This document shows positions 48,269 to 58,712 of a stretch of DNA of 62,234 bases, one piece after another; position 1 is the first letter of the stretch; each line of letters begins with the position of its first letter. The notes under the pieces are model-generated. The model saw only the letters and a list, made by a program, of their open reading frames with translations, had not been told where the DNA came from and searched no databases. A program made the translations under genes and the position numbers. The stretch lies in the sequence record DRR723986_597; one strand, written 5' to 3'.

Positions 48269-48333
48269 GGCTCCATATTGCGCATTTTTTTCATTCCCGC
48301 CACCCGGCCGGCTATCAGAACAAGTTGGTGACA

Positions 48334-48347
48334 TTGATGCGCGTCAA
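48334..48347. promoter_or_regulatory. FNR/FixK box upstream of the USP gene
   Basis: TTGAT-gcgc-GTCAA (consensus TTGAT-N4-ATCAA). Confidence 0.65.
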
Positions 48348-48423
48348 GGACTCACCACATTCAGACCTATAGATTTTTAACGAGGCTGGTTCGATGACAT
48401 GATACCGGCCGCAGGAGGGATAT

Positions 48424-49257
48424 ATGCCTATCAAAGATATTTTGACCGTTCTGGATCTCGCAGGTGACCAGCCGGCCGCCAAATACGCCCTGGAATTCGG
48501 CCGAAACTACGATGCCCATGTCACCGGACTGGCGGTGTCGTTCGAGCCGGTCGTTCCCGCATTCGCGGCTGCGCCGATGCCGGTCGACTATTTGCAGGCA
48601 GCGCACGAACAGGCGGTTGCCGCGGCCACCGAGGCCAAGAAGGAATTCGACGAGCTGGCCCGTCTGGCAGGTGTGAAGAGCGAAAGCAGGCTCGCGGAAA
48701 TCCTCACCGGCGGCCCCCTGGAAAACGTGCTGGTTCATTGCCGCCCGACAGACCTGGTGGTCATCGGTCAGGCCAATCCGGACAAGCCGGAGCCGATGCG
48801 TGAGCTCTTGATCGAGACCGTCCTGTTTGAAAGCGGCGTACCGGTTCTGCTTGTGCCCTATATCGGCAGCAAATCCTTCCAGCCGAAGAATGTGCTGGTT
48901 GGCTGGGACGGCAGCTCTACCGCGACACGGGCCATCCATGCGGCTCTGCCCGTTCTGGAAAAGGCGGAGAAGATCACGGTCCTGGTTGTCGAGAAGAAAG
49001 CCACCAAAGCAACCGGCCAACCGGGTGCCGACGTCGCCAACTATCTGGCGCGCCACAACATGGATGTCACCGTCGAGGTTGTCACCAATCCGCAAGCCGG
49101 CATTGCCGACACGGTGCTCAACCACGTCTCCGACAACAGCAACGATCTGGTCGTGATGGGCGGTTACGGCCACAGCCGCATGCGTGAATTCCTGTTCGGC
49201 GGGGCAACCCGGGAAATCCTGGAAGCCATGACCGTACCGGTTCTGATGGCCCATTAA
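48424..49257 (+). CDS. Universal stress protein (tandem USP)
   Basis: VLVGWDGS..A.RA...ALP.L, DLVVMGGYGHSR.REF.FGG.TR, PVLMAH. Confidence 0.93.
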   Translation: MPIKDILTVLDLAGDQPAAKYALEFGRNYDAHVTGLAVSFEPVVPAFAAAPMPVDYLQAAHEQAVAAATEAKKEFDELARLAGVKSESRLAEILTGGPLENVLVHCRPTDLVVIGQANPDKPEPMRELLIETVLFESGVPVLLVPYIGSKSFQPKNVLVGWDGSSTATRAIHAALPVLEKAEKITVLVVEKKATKATGQPGADVANYLARHNMDVTVEVVTNPQAGIADTVLNHVSDNSNDLVVMGGYGHSRMREFLFGGATREILEAMTVPVLMAH

Positions 49258-49300
49258 GCCACCGGCGCACACTCGATCGCCGAGATTTTGCGATGCATGA

Positions 49301-49341
49301 AGCCCGCGAACCTGACACACTCCGGTCCGCGGGCTTTTTTT
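49301..49341 (+). terminator. Probable terminator
   Basis: AGCCCGCG...CGCGGGCT-TTTTT. Confidence 0.55.
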
Positions 49342-49508
49342 GACCGGAAAACATGATGAAACTGCAGGCTCGAAACACCGGCAAGGCCGGACGCTCGTCT
49401 GCAACCACCCTGTTGTTTTTCGCTTCTTGTTCGTGAATTTTGCGACGCGCGACCTAGGTTCGTTTCAGACGCCTCGTTCCTTGCGGAGCTTTTCAAAGGA
49501 TCGATCTC

Positions 49509-52238
49509 ATGACCATTCGCAACCTCGACGGTTTCTTTGCGCCAGGATCGATAGCCATTATCGGCCCTTGCAGGCATCCGGGCGTCCTGACCAGCAAGTT
49601 GATTTCCTGCCTGCAGGATATCGAGGCCGGCCATCCGGTAACGCTCGTCGGGATCGATGAGGATGTCCCTTTCAAAGGCCGAAAGGTCGCTCGGCTGGCC
49701 GATCTGGAGAAAATGCCGGATCTGGCAATTTATCTCGCCAAAGCGGAAGCGCTGCCGGAAAAGATCCGGATCCTTGCTGCTGGTGGAACCAAGGCCGTGC
49801 TTATCCCTTCGCCCGGCTTTGAAACCTGGTCTGAAGAGTTGCTTCAGGAGTGCCGCGAAGCCGCGCAGGCGACCAACTTGCGACTTATCGGACCAGGCAC
49901 GCTTGGCCTTGCCGTTCCCGCCAGGGGACTTAACGCACTCCTCAGCGCGGAGCGCCCCGAAAAGGGGGAAGTCGCGTTTTTCGCTCGTTCCGGTGCCGTG
50001 CTCAATGCAACGCTTTCCTGGGCGAAGACCCACAACACCGGATTTTCCGCTGTCGTTTCTCTCGGCGCGCGGATGGATGTCGATATCAGCGACCTGATCG
50101 ACTATTTCGCGCAGGACTATCATACCCGTGCGATCGTGCTTCACCTGGAAGGCATCGCAGTCCCGCGAAAGTTCATTTCCGCCGCCAGGGCAGCTGCCCG
50201 CAGCAAGCCGGTGATCGTGATCCGCTCCGGCAAGAGCCGGGATACAGGCGGCTCGGGCAGAACCCACGCCGGGCGTCTCGCGCGGACTGACAGGGTTTAT
50301 GAGACCGTGTTTCGCCGCACCGGCCTTTTGCGGGTGCATGATCTTGACGAGATGTTCGAGGCACTGGAAACCCTCTCCCACATTCGCGTTCCGCGCTGCG
50401 ACAAGCTTGCCGTCATTGCGAACGGTCGCAGTCTTGCCAGTCTTGCCGTCGACAGGCTGATGGATCTGGGTGGATCCTTCGCCGAGCTTGGCACCGAAAC
50501 TCGAACAGCTCTTGAAGACACCAGCCGGAGCCATGCCGGCCTGTCGGTGACACCCGCTGCCGATGGTTCGGTAATCCTGAAGGAGAACGTGACACCGGAA
50601 CAGATCACCGAGGCAATCGTCACGGTGTTGAAAGACCCGAATGTGGATGGTGCCGTCGTGCTTCAGGCTGCCAGTGCCTTCCAGCCCTTGTCGGCCATCG
50701 CAAAGGCAATTGCCGATGCGGCGGCGCTGGACAGGCGACGCACCGGGCGGCGCAAGGCCCTTGTCGCCGGTCTTATCGGTGGTGATGGGGCAACGCGTGC
50801 AGCCCTTTCCGAAGCGCGCATCCCGAACTATGCCAGCCCGGCCGAGGCCGCCCGCAGCCTGATGCATCTGGCGCATGATGCGCAGGCGCGCGAATTCCTT
50901 ATGGCGGCCCCGACCAGCCTGCCTAGCACGTTTTCGCCCGATGTTGCGCGGGTACGCGGCATTGTCACAGCGGCGCTTCAGGAAGACCGCACCTGGCTCA
51001 GCCCGCCGGAAGTGGTCTCCGTTCTGGAAGCATATGATCTGCCGATCATGGCAACCGCCATGGCGACAACACCAGAGGAAGCCGGCAAGCTGTCGGAGTC
51101 TTTCTTCAAGACCGCGGCTCATTGCGTTGCCAAGCTGATTTCGCCGGATCTGCCGTTCAAGTCGCGCATCGATGGTGTGCGGCTGGGGCTGGAAAGCCCT
51201 GAAGCCGTCCGTCACGCGGCACAAGAACTGATCGAAAAGACCAGACGGGACTACCCCGACGCCCGGATCGCCGGGCTCTCCATTCATCCGATGCTGGAAG
51301 ACCGGCACGGGATGGAACTTTATATGGGTGTTGCCGAAACACAGGACTTCGGCCCGGTCCTGGTTTTCGGCCATGGTGGTACCGCAATCGAGGAAAGCGA
51401 AGACGTCGCGCTGGAATTGCCGCCGCTGGATCTCAATCTGGCAGAAGCACTGATTTCCCGCACACGAATTGCCCGGCTTCTGGATGGCGGACCGGCCCGC
51501 CCGGCCCTCGACAAGGCAGCCCTTGCCCAGGCGCTGGTAAAACTCTCCCAGATCACCATTGATATTCCCGAAATACAGGAACTCGACATCAATCCGCTGG
51601 TTGCCCTGCCGAGCGGGCTTATCGGGCTCGATGCCCGCATGACGTTGTGCCATCCGGAAAAGCGACCGGGACGTGCCGGCAGTTCCCGCCTGGCCATCGC
51701 CCCCTATCCCCAGGAATGGGAACAGACACTTGAGTTGAAGGATGGGCACGAGATCTTCATCCGGCCCGTGCGCCCGGAGGACGAGGACCTGTTCAAGACG
51801 TTTTTCGAGCAGGTAACACCCGAAGACCTGCGCCTAAGGTTCTTTGCACCTGTGCGCGATTTCAGCCACAGGTTCCTGTCCCGGCTGACGCAGCTCGACT
51901 ATGCCCGCGCAATCGCCTTTGCTGCCATCGAACCCAAAGACGGCAGCTTGCTCGGCGTCGTCCGCCTGCACGCGGATCCCGACCATCAAACCGGCGAATA
52001 CGCGATCATGGTCCGCTCCGACCTGAAGGGACAGGGCCTCGGCTGGACCTTGATGAAACTGCTCATTCGCTACGCCAGGGAAGACGGCATCGAGGTCATC
52101 AAGGGCGAGGTTCTGAAGGAAAACACCTCGATGATCTCCATGTGCCAGTCGCTCGGCTTTTCTGTCGGCACTTCTCCGGACGATCCCGGCATAGCCCTCG
52201 TGACGCTGCCTGTGGCGGAAGTGCCGGAACAAATCTGA
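49509..52238 (+). CDS. Acyl-CoA ligase-like / GNAT fusion (Pat-type protein lysine acetyltransferase)
   Basis: CoA-binding domain, FGPV..FG.GG, ELDINPL, LAI.PYP, C-terminal GNAT (TQLDY.R, EYAI.VRSD.KG.GLG..LM). Confidence 0.9.
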   Translation: MTIRNLDGFFAPGSIAIIGPCRHPGVLTSKLISCLQDIEAGHPVTLVGIDEDVPFKGRKVARLADLEKMPDLAIYLAKAEALPEKIRILAAGGTKAVLIPSPGFETWSEELLQECREAAQATNLRLIGPGTLGLAVPARGLNALLSAERPEKGEVAFFARSGAVLNATLSWAKTHNTGFSAVVSLGARMDVDISDLIDYFAQDYHTRAIVLHLEGIAVPRKFISAARAAARSKPVIVIRSGKSRDTGGSGRTHAGRLARTDRVYETVFRRTGLLRVHDLDEMFEALETLSHIRVPRCDKLAVIANGRSLASLAVDRLMDLGGSFAELGTETRTALEDTSRSHAGLSVTPAADGSVILKENVTPEQITEAIVTVLKDPNVDGAVVLQAASAFQPLSAIAKAIADAAALDRRRTGRRKALVAGLIGGDGATRAALSEARIPNYASPAEAARSLMHLAHDAQAREFLMAAPTSLPSTFSPDVARVRGIVTAALQEDRTWLSPPEVVSVLEAYDLPIMATAMATTPEEAGKLSESFFKTAAHCVAKLISPDLPFKSRIDGVRLGLESPEAVRHAAQELIEKTRRDYPDARIAGLSIHPMLEDRHGMELYMGVAETQDFGPVLVFGHGGTAIEESEDVALELPPLDLNLAEALISRTRIARLLDGGPARPALDKAALAQALVKLSQITIDIPEIQELDINPLVALPSGLIGLDARMTLCHPEKRPGRAGSSRLAIAPYPQEWEQTLELKDGHEIFIRPVRPEDEDLFKTFFEQVTPEDLRLRFFAPVRDFSHRFLSRLTQLDYARAIAFAAIEPKDGSLLGVVRLHADPDHQTGEYAIMVRSDLKGQGLGWTLMKLLIRYAREDGIEVIKGEVLKENTSMISMCQSLGFSVGTSPDDPGIALVTLPVAEVPEQI

Positions 52239-52363
52239 ACGCGTTTCGCAGTCCGCAACGCATCTGATTTCCATTTGCCTGTCAGCACGCCCACATGGAC
52301 GTTGCCCCAAACAAAAACGCTCCCCGCGAGGAGGAGCGTCCCGGGTGGATCATCTGTAGATGC

Positions 52364-53626
52364 TCAGTGCGTTGCGGCCATACCGAAAGACAACTGTCCA
52401 CGGGCGTTCTTGTACCATTCGATGATCTTCTTGCGCTCGTCTTCTTCCATGAAGGAGACGTTGGCGGGCGGCATGGCGTTGGTAACGCCGGCCTGGAGGT
52501 AGATCTGCTTTGCGGCGCGCACGACGTCTGCCTTGGTTTCCAGATGCAGGCCCTTGGGTGCCCAGTGGATGCCTTCATAGAAGGGTTCGCGGGCGTGGCA
52601 CATGCCGCAGCGGCCGGGAATGATGTTCATGACATCATCGATGCCTTCCGCATTGGCGAATACCTGTTCGGTCTGCGTCAACGGACGGGCATCCGAAGCT
52701 TCCCAGGTATCCTGCTGGAGCGGTGCCATGGACAGCTGGATGATGGCGACGAACAGGATCGCCGTTGCCAGCCAGGTCCAGGTCGGTGCCGGAGCACCCG
52801 TGTGCTTGGTGTTGAAGTAATGCCGGATGGTGACACCCATCAGGAAGACAAGGGCAGCAATCAGCCAGTTGTATTCCGAGGCGAACGCGAGCGGGTAGTG
52901 GTTGCTCAGCATCAGGAACACGACCGGCAGGGTCAGGTAGTTGTTGTGGGTGGAGCGCAGCTTGGCGATCTTGCCGTATTTTGCGTCCGGGGTCCGCCCT
53001 GCCTTCAGGTCCGCCACCACGATCTTCTGGTTCGGAATGATGATGAAGAACACGTTCGCGGTCATGATCGTCGCGGTGAAGGCACCGAGATGCAGCATGG
53101 TGGCGCGGCCGGTGAAGATCTCGTTGTACCCGTAGCCCATGGCCACCAGCAGCGCGAACAGCAGCAGCATCAGCAGTGTCGGGCTTTCGCCGAGCTTCGA
53201 CTTGCACAGCCGGTCATAGACCAGCCAGCCGATGGTCAGAGACCCGGCGGAAATCAGGATACCCTGCCACAGGGCAAGATCGGCCTTTGCCGGATCGATC
53301 AGGTAAAGCTCGCCGCCGACCCAGTAGACGACCATCAGGAGAGCCGCGCCGGACAGCCACGTGGAATAGCTTTCCCATTTGAACCAGACCAGGTGTTCCG
53401 GCATGTTTTCTGGGGCCACCAGGAACTTGCGGATGTGATAGAAGCCGCCGCCGTGGACTTGCCATTCCTCGCCATGGGCCCCCTTGGGCAGGTCCGGGGC
53501 TTTCTTCAGGCCAAGGTCAAGCGCGACGAAATAGAACGACGAGCCGATCCAGGCCATCGCCGTAATCACGTGCAGCCAGCGAACCGCAAAGGCGATCCAG
53601 TCCCAAATGATGGCAATGTCCAGCAT
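52364..53626 (-). CDS. puuD: Membrane urate hydroxylase with cytochrome c domain
   Basis: RWLHV...AWIGSSFYF..LD, WQVHGGGFY, FKWE.Y.TW.SG, RS.HNNYLTLPV.F.M.SNHY, CGMCH. Confidence 0.93.
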   Translation of the reverse strand: MLDIAIIWDWIAFAVRWLHVITAMAWIGSSFYFVALDLGLKKAPDLPKGAHGEEWQVHGGGFYHIRKFLVAPENMPEHLVWFKWESYSTWLSGAALLMVVYWVGGELYLIDPAKADLALWQGILISAGSLTIGWLVYDRLCKSKLGESPTLLMLLLFALLVAMGYGYNEIFTGRATMLHLGAFTATIMTANVFFIIIPNQKIVVADLKAGRTPDAKYGKIAKLRSTHNNYLTLPVVFLMLSNHYPLAFASEYNWLIAALVFLMGVTIRHYFNTKHTGAPAPTWTWLATAILFVAIIQLSMAPLQQDTWEASDARPLTQTEQVFANAEGIDDVMNIIPGRCGMCHAREPFYEGIHWAPKGLHLETKADVVRAAKQIYLQAGVTNAMPPANVSFMEEDERKKIIEWYKNARGQLSFGMAATH

Positions 53627-53748
53627 TGCTTCCCCTCCAAATTCGTTTGACCCAAGCTAGCTCATGCAGGAATTTTCTGGTATCTCGGGATAATTCCGAG
53701 CAGTTTCAAAAAAATCGGAACAATAAACCGGCCCGGTTGGACATCCTC

Positions 53749-54669
53749 ATGGCGTATCTGGAAAACATCCGAACCTTTCTGCGCGTTTACGAGCTGGGCA
53801 ACATGTCCGCCGCCGCACGCGATCTGCGGATTTCCTCCGCCGTCGCGTCGTCGCGGGTGTCCCAACTGGAAGAGCACCTGAACGTCCGCCTGTTCCAGCG
53901 AACCACCAGAGCCCTCAGCCCGACAGAGCATGGCAACTTGTTCTATCGCGGTGCAACAAAAATAATCGAGGCGGTGGAAGAAGCAGAAGCGGAGATCAGC
54001 AATGTCACCCGTTCACCGCGCGGCACGCTGTTTGTTGCCGCCCCCATCGGCATGGGCCAGCGGCTGATCGCCCCGGCGATCCCGAAATTCAAGGAAGCCA
54101 ATCCGCTGATCGACATTCGCCTGCGCCTGTCCGACCGCAAGGTCGACCTGACGGGCGAAGGTCTCGATGCCGCGTTCTTCCTTGGCCTGCCGGAAGATTC
54201 CAATCTCAAGATCCGCAAGATCGCCGATTGCGACCGGCTGCTTTGCGCCTCTCCGGAGTATCTCGCCCGCAAGGGCAACCCGAAATCAAGCGACGAGCTT
54301 GCCGCCGGCCGCCATGACTGCCTCAACATGCGTTATCCCGGTGCACCGGAATTCCAGTGGCCGCTGCAGACGGAAAATGGCGTCAAGCGCGTCGCGGTGT
54401 CCGGCCCGTTCGAGTCCGACCATGGCGATGTCCTGACCGGCTGGGCGCTGGAAGGCCACGGCATCGTGCTGAAACCGACATTTGAAGTTGCCGACTATCT
54501 GGCTTCGGGCAAACTGGTGCCGGTGCTGGAAAACGAACCGCCGATACCGGTGCAGATGGCCTGCCTTTACACGCACCGCCGCCGCCAGGACCCGAAAGTA
54601 CGCCTGTTCCTGGATTTCATGGTGGCGCATATCCAGAAGTCACTTGCGGAGTTGGCGAACGCCCACTGA
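53749..54669 (+). CDS. LysR-family regulator divergent from puuD
   Basis: HTH, RLFQRTTR.L.PT, DPKVRLF.DF. Confidence 0.92.
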   Translation: MAYLENIRTFLRVYELGNMSAAARDLRISSAVASSRVSQLEEHLNVRLFQRTTRALSPTEHGNLFYRGATKIIEAVEEAEAEISNVTRSPRGTLFVAAPIGMGQRLIAPAIPKFKEANPLIDIRLRLSDRKVDLTGEGLDAAFFLGLPEDSNLKIRKIADCDRLLCASPEYLARKGNPKSSDELAAGRHDCLNMRYPGAPEFQWPLQTENGVKRVAVSGPFESDHGDVLTGWALEGHGIVLKPTFEVADYLASGKLVPVLENEPPIPVQMACLYTHRRRQDPKVRLFLDFMVAHIQKSLAELANAH

Positions 54670-54700
54670 GGGTTAGCCGTCTCACCTCTTCACCAAGACC

Positions 54701-55636
54701 TCAAGAAAGATCGCGGAGACCGGCGGCTCTCTCCAAGAGTGCCTTGATCTCGACACGCAAAACCTCAGCAAAGCTTTCCACCAACAGGGAAAGCGGCCGG
54801 TTGGCCGGAGTAAGCAGCGACATGTTGAGAAAGCAATCCGGCTTGAAAGGCCGGAAGACCAGGCTGTTCTGGTCGCCGAAACTTTCCTGGTGGCTGATCG
54901 CCGACAGTCCCTCGCAGATCGTGTAGCACAGACCTTCGGAAACCAGCTGCAGCGCGGGCAGAAACGTCCTGAGCTCGAAGCGTTTGTTGAGCCTTGCTCC
55001 CGCCTCATTGAAGGCCTTGTGGGTCTGTTCGCTGATCGAGTGATCGTCAAACAGCATCGCCATCGGCTTGCCATCAAGATCAGCGGGTGTGATGACTTTC
55101 TTGCGGGCAAGCGGATCGTCCTTAGGCACAGCGCAGACCCCCGGCAAGGCAAAGACTTCCGAGATAATGGTCCGCCGCGGCTCCGGTGTTTCGGCAAAGC
55201 CGATATCGTATTGCTGGGAGGCGATCCAATCGGTGACGACGGGCGATGAGCGCATCATCAGCGAGGCTTCGATGTCCGGTTTGTCCCGCAAGAAGTTGGC
55301 CAGAACCCGGGGCATGAAGAAACTGGAGGCAGCCGGATTGCAGGCAATACGCAGCTTGCCCTTTTCCAGGTTGCCGATGTCCTGCAGCGTGCGGGTGGAA
55401 CGTGTCAGCCGTTCCAGTAGAAACTCCGCTTCCTCCAGAAAATAATGCGCTTCGGGCTTGGGCACGAGGCGGCCGCGTTCGCGCTCGAACAGCTGGAAGC
55501 CGACCTCCCGTTCCAGCCCTGCGATCATGGCGCTGACGGCAGGCTGCGTTCGCCCCAGCGCACGCCCTGCTTCGGAGACGGATCCAGTGCGCATTACCTG
55601 CACGAAAGTCTGCAATTGGCGGAAGGAGAGGTTCAT
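54701..55636 (-). CDS. LysR-family regulator divergent from the TRAP/oxidase operon
   Basis: RQL..F..VM..GS.S.A...LGRTQPAVS, LFER..GRLVP. Confidence 0.92.
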   Translation of the reverse strand: MNLSFRQLQTFVQVMRTGSVSEAGRALGRTQPAVSAMIAGLEREVGFQLFERERGRLVPKPEAHYFLEEAEFLLERLTRSTRTLQDIGNLEKGKLRIACNPAASSFFMPRVLANFLRDKPDIEASLMMRSSPVVTDWIASQQYDIGFAETPEPRRTIISEVFALPGVCAVPKDDPLARKKVITPADLDGKPMAMLFDDHSISEQTHKAFNEAGARLNKRFELRTFLPALQLVSEGLCYTICEGLSAISHQESFGDQNSLVFRPFKPDCFLNMSLLTPANRPLSLLVESFAEVLRVEIKALLERAAGLRDLS

Positions 55637-55728
55637 AACCAAACTATAAAGTCACTCTATCAAAGTAGCAATATTTCGAATTTGCCTTTATGGATTAGCC
55701 AACTCCATACTCCCCTTCCAGACAGAGG

Positions 55729-56250
55729 GTGTTCGAGCGCCCAAAAAAGGGCGCCAACAATACGGGGGTGGTTTTGGAACGGTTCACGCAGTGCCTTTTG
55801 ACGGCTCTGATCCTGATCGTTGCGCTTGGCCAGTTTGTTCAGGTCGTCACGCGCTACGTGCTTCAAGTCCCGGTGATGGGGCTGGAAGAAACGATCATGT
55901 ATCCGACGCTGTGGCTCTATATTTTCGGCGCGGTCAACGCCTCGCGGGAAAACAGCCACATCCGCGCCAACGTCCTTGAAATCTTTCTCAAGACAGAGCG
56001 CCAGCACACCATACTGGCCATCGTCGGCGAGTTGATCAGCCTCGTTGTCGGCATCTGGCTGCTGACCTGGGCGTGGGACTACACCCGCTATGCCTGGCGG
56101 GTCTGGCGCGAGAGCCCGACCCTTTACATCCCGACCTTCTATGCAGATGTCGCGCTGGTCGTCGGGCTGGTGCTGATGATGGCCTACACCGTCACCTATC
56201 TGCTGATGCATGTCCGCAGCCTGCGGACGGCGGAAGGAGGCGCACGATGA
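55729..56250 (+). CDS. TRAP small permease (DctQ); start uncertain
   Basis: QVVTRY, EE......WL...GA..A.RE..HI. Confidence 0.88.
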   Translation: MFERPKKGANNTGVVLERFTQCLLTALILIVALGQFVQVVTRYVLQVPVMGLEETIMYPTLWLYIFGAVNASRENSHIRANVLEIFLKTERQHTILAIVGELISLVVGIWLLTWAWDYTRYAWRVWRESPTLYIPTFYADVALVVGLVLMMAYTVTYLLMHVRSLRTAEGGAR

Positions 56251-57545
56251 TCGAGATCGCGCTTCTGGCCATTCTTGTTCTGGTTATCACGCTGACCCTG
56301 GGCGTCCCGCTGCCCTGGTGCTTCGGCGCCGCACTGATGGTCATGTATTTCATCGGCGACGTTACCATGAAAGGCATGGTGCTCTGGGGCTTCCAGCAGC
56401 TCGGCAACCCGGCGCTGCTTGCCATTCCTCTGTTCGTTCTGGCCGGCACCATCATGTCGGAAAGCGGAATTGCGGCGGCCTTGCTGCGGTTCGTCAATGC
56501 CTTCGTCGGTCATGTCCGTGGTGGTCTGGGTGTCGTCGCGGCGGTCAGCTGTGCCATCATCGGTGCAATTTCCGGTTCGGGCCTCACCGGTATTTCCGCC
56601 ATCGGGCCTCTGCTCATTCCCGAAATGGAAAAGCGCGGTTATCCGAGGGAATATGCCACCGCGCTGATCGCAAACTCGTCGATCCTCGGCCTGTTGATCC
56701 CGCCGTCTCTCTCCATGATCCTGTTTGGCTGGGTAACCGACACGTCAATTGCAGCCTGTTTCCTGGCAACGCTCGGCCCGGGCCTCCTGATCATGTTCAA
56801 CTTCTCGGCCGTGAACCTCTGGATGGCGCGCAAGTTCAACCTTGTTCTGGACGAAAAGCCGACTGCGCGGGAGTTCACCGCCGATATCACGAAACGCGGC
56901 ATCTATGCCTTTCCGGCCCTCCTGATGCCTGTGATGATCCTTGGCGGCATCTACGGCGGCATCATGACACCGACCGAATCCGCCGCTCTTGCGGTCATCT
57001 ACGCAATCCCGGTCGGCTTCCTGATCTACAAGGGCCTGCGTCTCGACAACTTCCTCTTTGCCGGCAAGGAAGCGGCGACGGCAGTTGGCGCGATCATGCT
57101 GATGATCCTGTTTTCCATGATCCTGGGACAGATGTTCGTCTATGAGGGCGTGCCACAGAAACTGGTCAGCGTCATCTTCGGCATCACCGAGAACAAGATC
57201 GTTCTGCTGATCCTCATCAACATCCTGCTGTTCCTGATCGGCATGGTCGTCAACGATGCCACCGCCATCATCCTGGTGGCGCCGCTTCTGCTGCCGCTGA
57301 TGCAGGCGCTCGATATCAGCCCGGTCCAGTTCGCCGCGATCATGGGCGTCAACACCGCCATGGGTGGGGTCACCCCGCCCTATGCGTCAATCCTCTATCT
57401 CGGCGCACGCATCGGCAAGGTGAAGGTCACCAAGGTCATTCCGCCGGCGATGTTCCTTGTGCTGACAGGATATGTGCCGGTGGTCTTCCTGACCTCTTTC
57501 TGGCCGGACCTTTCACTCTACCTGCCGCGTCTCTTTGGCTACTGA
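56247..57545 (+). CDS. TRAP large permease (DctM)
   Basis: LLAIPLF.LAG, GAISGS, LIPPS, TPTESA, TPP; ATGA overlap with dctQ. Confidence 0.93.
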   Translation: MIEIALLAILVLVITLTLGVPLPWCFGAALMVMYFIGDVTMKGMVLWGFQQLGNPALLAIPLFVLAGTIMSESGIAAALLRFVNAFVGHVRGGLGVVAAVSCAIIGAISGSGLTGISAIGPLLIPEMEKRGYPREYATALIANSSILGLLIPPSLSMILFGWVTDTSIAACFLATLGPGLLIMFNFSAVNLWMARKFNLVLDEKPTAREFTADITKRGIYAFPALLMPVMILGGIYGGIMTPTESAALAVIYAIPVGFLIYKGLRLDNFLFAGKEAATAVGAIMLMILFSMILGQMFVYEGVPQKLVSVIFGITENKIVLLILINILLFLIGMVVNDATAIILVAPLLLPLMQALDISPVQFAAIMGVNTAMGGVTPPYASILYLGARIGKVKVTKVIPPAMFLVLTGYVPVVFLTSFWPDLSLYLPRLFGY

Positions 57546-57593
57546 GCCGGCTCATAAACACAGATTCAAACCGACTTTCTTGGGAGGACAAAC

Positions 57594-58607
57594 ATGAAAA
57601 CCACGGGGAACACCAATATGAAGAAATTTCTGACCGCGACCGCCGTCGCAACACTGATCGGGCTTTCCGGCGCTGCCCAGGCGGCCGATTTCAAGATGAG
57701 CCATGTCCGCCCGCAAGGCGCCACCATAGACGTTGAACTGAAGGCCTATGCCGAAGCCGTGAAGGAAGCCACCGGCGGCGACGTCAACATCGAGATCTAC
57801 GCCGCTTCGGCACTGGGCGACTACACCACCGTCCAGGAACGTGTGTCCGTCGGCGCCATCGAAATGGCAACCCAGCCGGCGGCAACCGGCACGGACCGGC
57901 GCATGCAGATCGCGTCCGTGCCGTTCCTTGCCTCCAACTGGGAAGACGCCCGCAAGATTTATGGCCCCGGCGGTGTACTGCACGAGACCATGGCCGAACT
58001 GTTCTCAAAGCAGGACATCACCATGCTCGCAGCCTACCCGGTCTATTTCGGCGGTATTTCGCTTAACCGCGACACTGTCACGCCGGGCACCACCGAGCCG
58101 AAGGGCATCAAGGTTCGTGTCCCAGGCATCAAGAGCTTCCAGCTCACCGGTGAGGCGCTCGGCTATATTCCGGCACCGATCCCCTTCTCCGAAGCCTTCA
58201 CGGCCATTCAGGTCGGTGTGGTCGACGGTGTCATCGGCTCCGGTGCGGAAGGCTACTACGCGTCGTTCCGGGACGTGACCAAGTCCTACATTCCAGCGAA
58301 TACCCATTTCGAGGTCTGGTTCATGATCATTTCCAACGAGGCGCTTTCCGGTCTCGACGAAGACGACCAGGCGGCCATGAGGAAGGCTGCTGAAGACTTC
58401 GAGGCGGCACGCTGGGTTGTTGCCGAGGAAGACCAGGGCAAATGGGAACAGCGTCTTGCCGACGAACTCGACGCGAATGTGGTTGAACTCACCGACGAAC
58501 AGCTTACAGGCATGGCCGCCAAGGTTCGCGAAACGGTCTGGCCGGAGCTTCTCAACGATGTCGGTCAGGAGTGGGGCCAGTCGATCCTAGACAAGGCCCT
58601 GAACTGA
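57594..58607 (+). CDS. TRAP substrate-binding protein (DctP)
   Basis: Signal peptide; KGIKVRVP, PFSE.FTA.Q.GVVDG. Confidence 0.92.
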   Translation: MKTTGNTNMKKFLTATAVATLIGLSGAAQAADFKMSHVRPQGATIDVELKAYAEAVKEATGGDVNIEIYAASALGDYTTVQERVSVGAIEMATQPAATGTDRRMQIASVPFLASNWEDARKIYGPGGVLHETMAELFSKQDITMLAAYPVYFGGISLNRDTVTPGTTEPKGIKVRVPGIKSFQLTGEALGYIPAPIPFSEAFTAIQVGVVDGVIGSGAEGYYASFRDVTKSYIPANTHFEVWFMIISNEALSGLDEDDQAAMRKAAEDFEAARWVVAEEDQGKWEQRLADELDANVVELTDEQLTGMAAKVRETVWPELLNDVGQEWGQSILDKALN

Positions 58608-58639
58608 GGGGCCCTTCACTGAGGGGCCCTTCACTGAGG
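58595..58639 (+). repeat. 15-bp tandem direct repeat, three copies
   Basis: GGCCCTGAACTGAGG / GGCCCTTCACTGAGG / GGCCCTTCACTGAGG. Confidence 0.85.
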
Positions 58640-58712
58640 TGTGCTGAACTGACAGCCGTGAACCGCCGGGTGGCAACCGCCGCCCGGACATTGATCTTAT
58701 TCGGGAAACATC

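Noticed and set aside
49254-51749. 831-aa minus-strand ORF
   Set aside because: Antisense shadow of the Pat gene; no motifs
58595-58639. Possible mini-CRISPR
   Set aside because: 15-bp repeats are directly adjacent with no spacers, and there are no cas genes
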